NCBI GenBank assembly: GCA_964429195.1
Contig: CAYSBC010000003.1
Coordinates: 729 to 64,728 of the forward strand
DNA: 64,000 nucleotides
Direction of reading: 5' to 3'
DNA from: an uncultured Eubacteriales bacterium
Lineage (GTDB): Bacteria > Bacillota > Clostridia > Peptostreptococcales > JAAYPU01
This document shows, in pieces, positions 57,901 to 64,000 of the stretch. The position numbers and the translations under genes were made by a program. How positions within the stretch are numbered: the stretch's first letter is position 1; each line of letters begins with the position of its first letter. The notes beneath the pieces were generated by a model, which did no database searches, was not told where the DNA came from, and saw only the letters and a list, made by a program, of their open reading frames with translations.

Positions 57901-59516
57901 TACCCCATCCCATTGCCCTTTGGAAATTCGAGTTCATGCTCGGCTTTAATCATCGTTACTTTGTCATCTTTTAAGAGTAGTGTATCGCCAATGGGAACAA
58001 TAATATCTTTACCATTGCGTTGCACCATGAGGAGAAGAAGGTTTGGAGGCAGTTCTAAGTCTTTGACATATTGGTCTTCCCATTCATGACCTTTAGGAAT
58101 GATAACCTCAATCAGGTCTTCACCGCTGGGATCAAAATGTCTTTCCCCCCCTAAAATTATTAAATCATTTTCTTCTATTTTTACATGTCCTCTTGGAACA
58201 ATGGTTTTGCCATTTCGCTCTATCTTGGCAACAATAAAATCAAATTTAAGGTTCAAATCTTTTACTTGGCTACCAATCAATTTGTTATTGGGATGAATTT
58301 TTGTTTCTAAGAAGCCAATTTCTGCTTTGTCTTGATAGTAGTTGAAAGTCTTGAGTACAGTATCATTTGGATCAAGCATATCCCATTTTTTTGACAGAGG
58401 TGGCATCAAGTAACCTTGAACTAAGGAGGAGAGTACGCAAATACCAAATACTATATGATAAACATCGATAGCGAAAACCGCACCGCTATTTAAAACCATG
58501 ATTGAAAAAGCAATGGCAGCAGCCCCGCGAATACCTGCCAAGGAAATAATATTTAACTGATTGATTTTAAGGCGAAAGGGTATCATAAGCCCATAAACAG
58601 TTAAGGGACGACCGATGATAGTCATAAAGAGCATAATTGCAGATGCTATAGGTAATACCGCAATGAAGCTTTTTAAATCCGACAATAAACCTAAGATAAA
58701 GAAAAGTCCAATCTGAATAATTTCTGTAAAACCATCAAAGAAAAAGACCACATCCCGTTTACCATGAAATTCTTTATTACCAAGATAAATCCCTAATATG
58801 TAGAGGGCTAAATAGCCATTTCCACCTATAAGACTTGTCACAGAAAAAGTAATGAGCATGGTAGCAGCCATAAATACGGCATAAAGTCCGTCGGCATCAA
58901 TCCGAAGCTTTGTAAACAGCTTCCCTACAATAAGGGCAAAGATAGTCCCTACAGCTATACCTATGGCAACCTGGGAAAAAATCAGAATAGGGATAGACAC
59001 CTTGGACCCTAAAATTGAAGCTAAAAATACCATGGTCATAGTATAGGCCGTGGGGTCATTTGAGCCGCTTTCTAGCTCAAGCAGCGATGCAGTATTGTAT
59101 TTCAAGTTCAAATTTTTTGACCTTAAAATATTGGACACACTTGCATAATCTGTGGAACCGACAATCGAGCCAATGAGCATACCTTCTAATAAGCCTGCTC
59201 CCAAAACATAGTAACAAAATAAACCTGTAAGCAAGGCGGTTGCAACAACACCTAAAGAGCTCAGTACAATGGCTTCTTTTGCAACGGGTTTGGCCATCTT
59301 CCATTTGGTTCCAAAACCACCGTAAAACATGATAACCATGAGCGCCAGGGTAGCAAATTTATCAGCAAATGCCAAATCTGCAAAGTCAAGGCCTAGAGCA
59401 CCAAAGGCCATGCCGAGCACGATAAATAACAAAAGAGCGGGTATGCCATGCTTATTGGAAACGTTTATCGCTATCAGCGCTAAAATAAAAATAATTCCGA
59501 CTAGTAAAAAATCCAT
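57900..59516 (-). CDS. K+/H+ (CPA1, NhaP2/CvrA-like) antiporter with C-terminal TrkA-C domains
   Basis: 538 aa. Na_H_exchanger-like TM core (ESGSNDP motif), followed by two RCK_C-like segments. Confidence 0.8.
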   Translation of the reverse strand: MDFLLVGIIFILALIAINVSNKHGIPALLLFIVLGMAFGALGLDFADLAFADKFATLALMVIMFYGGFGTKWKMAKPVAKEAIVLSSLGVVATALLTGLFCYYVLGAGLLEGMLIGSIVGSTDYASVSNILRSKNLNLKYNTASLLELESGSNDPTAYTMTMVFLASILGSKVSIPILIFSQVAIGIAVGTIFALIVGKLFTKLRIDADGLYAVFMAATMLITFSVTSLIGGNGYLALYILGIYLGNKEFHGKRDVVFFFDGFTEIIQIGLFFILGLLSDLKSFIAVLPIASAIMLFMTIIGRPLTVYGLMIPFRLKINQLNIISLAGIRGAAAIAFSIMVLNSGAVFAIDVYHIVFGICVLSSLVQGYLMPPLSKKWDMLDPNDTVLKTFNYYQDKAEIGFLETKIHPNNKLIGSQVKDLNLKFDFIVAKIERNGKTIVPRGHVKIEENDLIILGGERHFDPSGEDLIEVIIPKGHEWEDQYVKDLELPPNLLLLMVQRNGKDIIVPIGDTLLLKDDKVTMIKAEHELEFPKGNGMG

Positions 59517-59563
59517 AATGATTGTCCTTTCTGCTGGGGGGAATAAACTATTTTTGCTGTAGA

Positions 59564-59926
59564 TTATTTCTTTTGTTCTACCAACTGTACTGTATAGCCG
59601 TCAGGATCATTGACAAAGAAAAATCGAATCTTCGGATTTGGAGAAATTGGACCAACAGTTTTATAACCGTTTTCCTCTAGTTCATCAATCAATTGATCTA
59701 AATGATCTGCTTCCAGTCCAATGGAAACACCGTTTCCAGGATTATGAACAATTGAGCCCGGTTCATAGATGAGCTCAACTTTGCTTTCATCTGCTTCACC
59801 CAGCATAATGAATTGCGTATCTGAACTTCTAAATTCTGCCGCAATGCTAAGGCCCAATAATTGGGTATAAAAATGCAGACTTTTTTCTAAGTTGGTGATT
59901 TTAAGGGTCACCCAGTTTAATTTCAT
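59564..59926 (-). CDS. VOC/glyoxalase-family protein
   Basis: MKLNWVTLKITNLEKSLHFYTQLLGL start and C-terminal DPDGYTVQLVE. Start moved to 59926. Confidence 0.8.
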   Translation of the reverse strand: MKLNWVTLKITNLEKSLHFYTQLLGLSIAAEFRSSDTQFIMLGEADESKVELIYEPGSIVHNPGNGVSIGLEADHLDQLIDELEENGYKTVGPISPNPKIRFFFVNDPDGYTVQLVEQKK

Positions 59927-59974
59927 ATTTCCGCTCACCTCCATTTCTATCCATGTATGGCCTGATACTCTTTA

Positions 59975-60340
59975 TCACTTTCTGCATTTTGCTATATAGA
60001 GAATATGGCATGTTACTGCAATTCCAACAATAAGAAGCAAAAGAGATATCCAAACTTCTCGAGTCAAGAACATAGATACCAACAATGTGGACCATAACCA
60101 TGCTAGACTCTTCACAACTGTTTTCCGGGATAATCCGGCTTTTTGTTCATAGCTTTCAATATATTCCTTAAAAAAGGATATTTTCATCACCTTCGCCTTA
60201 AGATGAGGTGTTGATGAAAAACATGCTGCAGAAACTAACACAAAAGGTGTTGTCGGCCATAGAGGCAATAACAGACCAATCGCTCCTAAAACTAAAAATA
60301 TAGCACCCAAACCCGTGAGCAGAATTGTTTTAAGCTGCAA
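59975..60340 (-). CDS. DUF454 (YbaN) family inner-membrane protein
   Basis: 121 aa. GAIGLLLPLWPTTPFVL motif. Confidence 0.75.
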   Translation of the reverse strand: MQLKTILLTGLGAIFLVLGAIGLLLPLWPTTPFVLVSAACFSSTPHLKAKVMKISFFKEYIESYEQKAGLSRKTVVKSLAWLWSTLLVSMFLTREVWISLLLLIVGIAVTCHILYIAKCRK

Positions 60341-60441
60341 TGAATCACCCCCACTTACCTCACACGATATATAAATTATACTATTTTTGTGGTTTTAGTC
60401 CACCCTTAAACTCTTTTATTTTTATTTCTATTGTTAACAGC

Positions 60442-62556
60442 TTAGATGCCTTTCGTATTCATGACTCTTATTGCATTAAGAATTGCAAGAAGGGCCACCC
60501 CCGTGTCAGCAAAGACTGCTTCCCACATTGTAGCTATTCCAAAGGCCCCTAATACCAAGAATATCAATTTAACGGCTAATGCCAATACAATATTTTGGTA
60601 AACAATATTCTTTGTACGTTTTGCAATTTTTATAGCAGATGCTATCTTAGAAGGCTCATCCGTCATAATGACGATATCTGCAGCTTCTATAGCTGCATCT
60701 GAACCCAGACCACCCATAGCTATGCCTATGTCTGCTCTAGCAAGTACCGGTGCATCGTTGATACCATCTCCTACAAATACAAGTTTGCCTTTTTGGGTTT
60801 TTTCGCCATCTAACATTTCAAGTTTGCTAACCTTGTCAGCAGGAAGCAATTCTGAATAAACTTCATCCAGACCTAACTCTTTTCCAATCTTATCACCTAC
60901 GGTCTTCAAATCTCCGGTAAGCATGACAGTTTTCTTGACTCCAAGGGTCTTAAGCTCTCTGATTGCACGTGCTGAGTCTTCTTTTATCTCATCGGATATC
61001 ACGATGTTCCCTGCATATTTTTTATTGATTGCCACATGAACTAGAGTTCCTAGTGTCTCAACATCATGATGATAGTAGATATTCCCTCGGGTCATTAAAT
61101 TGGCATTTCCGGCTAAAACCTCTTTTCCACTGATGTTAACCTTGACACCATATCCTGCAATTTCCTCATAGTTCTCTATTCTATTATCATCTATATCCCC
61201 ATTGTAAGCGCTTATAATCGATAGGGCAATCGGGTGGCCAGAGTAGCTTTCTGCATAAGCCGCATATTCTATTAGTTCCTTCTTTGTATAGCCTTCTTGG
61301 GGATTTGTCTCAGTAACCTTAAATACACCCTTAGTCAATGTACCTGTCTTATCAAAAACAACTGCTTCAACATCATTCAACGCTTCAAGATAGTTACTGC
61401 CTTTGACTAAGATACCTCTTTTCGAAGCTCCTCCAATACCCCCAAAAAATCCTAAGGGTATGGATATTACTAATGCACATGGACAAGATACTACTAAAAA
61501 TACTAAAGCTCTATAAACCCAATCCGAGAAAGTTGCTCCCTCTATTATCAAAGGTGGAACAACTGCCAGTGCTAAAGCTGCAAATACCACAGCAGGCGTA
61601 TAATATCTGGCAAACTTTGTGATAAAGTTTTCAGTTGGTGCTTTTCTGCTGCTGGCGTTCTGTACTAAATCAAGAATCTTAGACACCGTTGATTCACCGT
61701 AATCCTTCGTTACTTGAATCGTTAAGACCCCATTCATATTAATAAATCCACTTAGAGCATCTTTCCCCGGTTCCAATTCACGTGGAACAGACTCTCCTGT
61801 TAATGCCGATGTATCAACCATTGAAGTTCCTTCTATAACCTTACCATCAAGAGGAACTTTTTCACCCGGCTTTACTACGATAATATCCCCTATATTTACT
61901 TCTTCAGGAGATACTTTTTTCAATTCTTCTCCAGCCTTTAAATTTGCATAGTCAGGTCTTATGTCCATCAATGCGCTTATGGATTTTCTGGAATGATCGA
62001 CAGCCATGTTCTGAAACAATTCACCAACAAGATAAAATAACATAACTGCTACACCTTCCGGATACTCTCCTACAAAGAACGCACCCATAGTGGCTATGCT
62101 CATGAGGAAGTGCTCACTGAATATCTGACCTTGAAAGATACCTTTTATCGCTCGCAGAAGAACACTGCCACCGACTATAACATAACTTATTAAAAATAGT
62201 GTAAGTTCTAATCCACTCTGTAAATTTAGAATAATACCTGCAGCAAAAATAGCTCCACCGATAACAAGTTTTATTATATTCCACTTGTTATTTTCCTCAG
62301 CTTGAACACCTTTATTCTCTTCTATCTTGTTGTGTTCTTCTTTTACGGTCACATCAGGTTCATGCTTAAGCACTATAGCTTTAATTTTTTCTATTGTATC
62401 ACCATAATTTGTCTCAGATTCAATTTCCAAAGTTAATGTCTTATTCATGAAATTCATGTATGCTTTGACTCCATTGAGTTCATTAACCTCATGTTCAATT
62501 TTTCCTGCGCAATTGGCACAGTTCAAATTTTGTAATAATAATTCCTTCTTCGTCAT
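60442..62556 (-). CDS. cadA: heavy-metal (Cd/Zn/Co-type) translocating P1B-ATPase
   Basis: N-terminal HMA motif CANCAGKIE, TM CPC motif (SCPCALVISIP), DKTGTLT phosphorylation site, and GDGINDAP. Confidence 0.92.
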   Translation of the reverse strand: MTKKELLLQNLNCANCAGKIEHEVNELNGVKAYMNFMNKTLTLEIESETNYGDTIEKIKAIVLKHEPDVTVKEEHNKIEENKGVQAEENNKWNIIKLVIGGAIFAAGIILNLQSGLELTLFLISYVIVGGSVLLRAIKGIFQGQIFSEHFLMSIATMGAFFVGEYPEGVAVMLFYLVGELFQNMAVDHSRKSISALMDIRPDYANLKAGEELKKVSPEEVNIGDIIVVKPGEKVPLDGKVIEGTSMVDTSALTGESVPRELEPGKDALSGFINMNGVLTIQVTKDYGESTVSKILDLVQNASSRKAPTENFITKFARYYTPAVVFAALALAVVPPLIIEGATFSDWVYRALVFLVVSCPCALVISIPLGFFGGIGGASKRGILVKGSNYLEALNDVEAVVFDKTGTLTKGVFKVTETNPQEGYTKKELIEYAAYAESYSGHPIALSIISAYNGDIDDNRIENYEEIAGYGVKVNISGKEVLAGNANLMTRGNIYYHHDVETLGTLVHVAINKKYAGNIVISDEIKEDSARAIRELKTLGVKKTVMLTGDLKTVGDKIGKELGLDEVYSELLPADKVSKLEMLDGEKTQKGKLVFVGDGINDAPVLARADIGIAMGGLGSDAAIEAADIVIMTDEPSKIASAIKIAKRTKNIVYQNIVLALAVKLIFLVLGAFGIATMWEAVFADTGVALLAILNAIRVMNTKGI

Positions 62557-62580
62557 TTTTACTACTTCCTTTTATGAATT

Positions 62581-62946
62581 TTACTCATTGATATGCGTTA
62601 AACCTTGGTCAAATATTTGCTTTATATGTTCATCCAACAGGGAGTAAAACACAATCTTACCCTCTTTTCTATTCTTCACTAGCTTAGCTTGTTTTAAAAC
62701 CCTTAATTGGTGGGATATTGCTGACTGTGTCATGTCCAATAGAGCAGATATATCACAAACACACATTTCAGATTCATGTAATGCCCAAAGTATTTTAATT
62801 CTTGTAGAATCTCCAAAAACTTTAAATAATCCTGCGAGATCATAAAAAGTCTCTTTCTCAGGCATTTTATCTTTTACACTATTGACTATATCCTCATGGA
62901 TTACATCACAATCACATCTTTCTAAGCCTTTCGCTCTGCACGTCAT
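62581..62946 (-). CDS. ArsR/SmtB-family metal-sensing repressor (CadC-like)
   Basis: ELCVCD-type motif (EMCVCDISALL), N-terminal Cys pair (CDCD), HTH QSAISHQLRVLK. Start at MTCRAKG (62946), which has AGAGGTGA upstream. Confidence 0.88.
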   Translation of the reverse strand: MTCRAKGLERCDCDVIHEDIVNSVKDKMPEKETFYDLAGLFKVFGDSTRIKILWALHESEMCVCDISALLDMTQSAISHQLRVLKQAKLVKNRKEGKIVFYSLLDEHIKQIFDQGLTHINE

Positions 62947-62975
62947 ATAATCACCTCTTATGTTTTCACTTGAAC

Positions 62976-63034
62976 ATATGAACAAGTATTCAAGTATATG
63001 ATTACATCATAACCCTTTTATTTTTATATGTCAA
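62976..63034 (-). promoter_or_regulatory. cad promoter with ArsR/SmtB-type operator
   Basis: Minus strand TTGACA (63029-63034), 17 nt, TATGAT (63006-63011). Downstream is the imperfect palindrome TGAACAAGTATTCA inside ATATGAACAAGTATTCAAGTATAT (62976-62999), resembling 12-2-12 SmtB/CzrA-type operators. Confidence 0.6.
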
Positions 63035-63037
63035 TAC

Positions 63038-64000
63038 TTACTTGAATACTACCTGATTTCTACCCTTATCTTTTGCCTGATATAAAGCTTTGTCGGTAGC
63101 TTTAAACAAATCTTCACTTGAAGTATGCCTATTAGGGATGGTGCAAGTGGCCCCTATACTTACAGTAACATAACTGCTCACTGGTGATTGCTGATGAGGA
63201 ATACGTAGCTCCTCAATTTTTTGTCGTAACATATGGGCATTCTTTATGGCTTCTTCTTTTGTAGTGTCAGATAATATGACGATAAATTCTTCCCCTCCAT
63301 ATCGAGCTGCCATGTCAGTTGAACGCAATAATGAATTCCTAATGGTTTGAGCAATCTTAATCAGGCATGCATCTCCTGCTAAGTGGCCATAATAATCATT
63401 ATATAATTTAAAATGATCGATATCGAGCAGTATTAAAGCAATTGGCCTTTGATGCCTTAAACAACGATTCCATTCCGCATGGATAATCTCATCATATTTT
63501 CTTCTGTTCCATAATTGGGTTAAGGAATCTATTGTTGATAGTTCCTGAAGCTTTAGGTTTGCTTTTTCCAGTTCAATTTTTTGTTGCTCTATCTTTTCAT
63601 TGGACTCAACCAATGCCTCCGTACGATTCAATACAATCTTATCCAAGTTTTTATTTATTTCTGTAAGTTCTACTGTCAACATTTCTTCTTTCTCTAAAGA
63701 GTACGAAAATCCCTTTGCCAACAACAATGAATTTGCAAGGGTGAAAATTAATAACCCTACAGAACTGAGGTTTCCTGTTGTAAATATAGATCTTAAAAGT
63801 AAAGGCCCTTCATCGTTCATCCAAATGCTGACAAAGACAATATCATTGATGGCAGTTAGCAGAAATGCCAATCCACCTATGATAATAAGCCAACTATTTT
63901 TTTCTTTATGAATGGCTATCTTAATTAATATAATAGATATATAAAGGATGGCAATCATGGTCCACATCTGGTAAAAGGGGTTGACGATTGTAAAAATCCT
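63038..64000 (-). CDS. diguanylate cyclase (GGDEF), N-terminal membrane region; 5' end truncated by the window
   Basis: GGEEF active site (RYGGEEF) and a coiled-coil linker. The frame stays open upstream of the ATG at 63967 to the window edge, so the gene probably starts beyond 64000. Confidence 0.85.
   Translation of the reverse strand, partial: RIFTIVNPFYQMWTMIAILYISIILIKIAIHKEKNSWLIIIGGLAFLLTAINDIVFVSIWMNDEGPLLLRSIFTTGNLSSVGLLIFTLANSLLLAKGFSYSLEKEEMLTVELTEINKNLDKIVLNRTEALVESNEKIEQQKIELEKANLKLQELSTIDSLTQLWNRRKYDEIIHAEWNRCLRHQRPIALILLDIDHFKLYNDYYGHLAGDACLIKIAQTIRNSLLRSTDMAARYGGEEFIVILSDTTKEEAIKNAHMLRQKIEELRIPHQQSPVSSYVTVSIGATCTIPNRHTSSEDLFKATDKALYQAKDKGRNQVVFK

Noticed and set aside
1-64000. 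Search for CRISPR arrays, IS elements or transposases, integrases, toxin-antitoxin or other defence modules
   Set aside because: No regularly spaced direct repeats, terminal inverted repeats with transposase ORFs, or recognisable defence-gene motifs were seen. The only repeats are the local hairpins and palindromes listed above.

Overview
AT-rich, Clostridia-like (Firmicutes) chromosomal window with about 57 protein genes, nearly all on the minus strand. I saw no rRNA, CRISPR array, transposase or integrase, or prophage signature. Most content is anaerobic core metabolism: ileS; a NuoE/NuoF/fusion-flavoprotein trio resembling the Sporomusa-type Nfn (Stn) bifurcating transhydrogenase; acyl-CoA dehydrogenase with EtfBA; a CooS-family protein; and a cadC-cadA metal efflux pair. 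Two Trp-specific T-box leaders are present, one before an orphan trpB and one before a trpXYZ-like ABC importer. The most notable content is a dispersed selenium-utilisation region at about 29.5-49.5 kb. It holds selD-selU, a DUF134/Mrp pair, selO, a YedF-C-terminal-domain/NifS-like/DUF3343 trio, and selA-selB-tRNA(Sec). Directly upstream of selA are two tandem HesB/IscA-like genes that the six-frame ORF track misses because each carries an in-frame TGA (putative selenocysteine) followed by a conserved hairpin. All calls rest on reading motifs in the translated ORFs and the raw sequence. No database search, HMM, alignment or folding program was run, so family names come from recognised motifs and should be confirmed.
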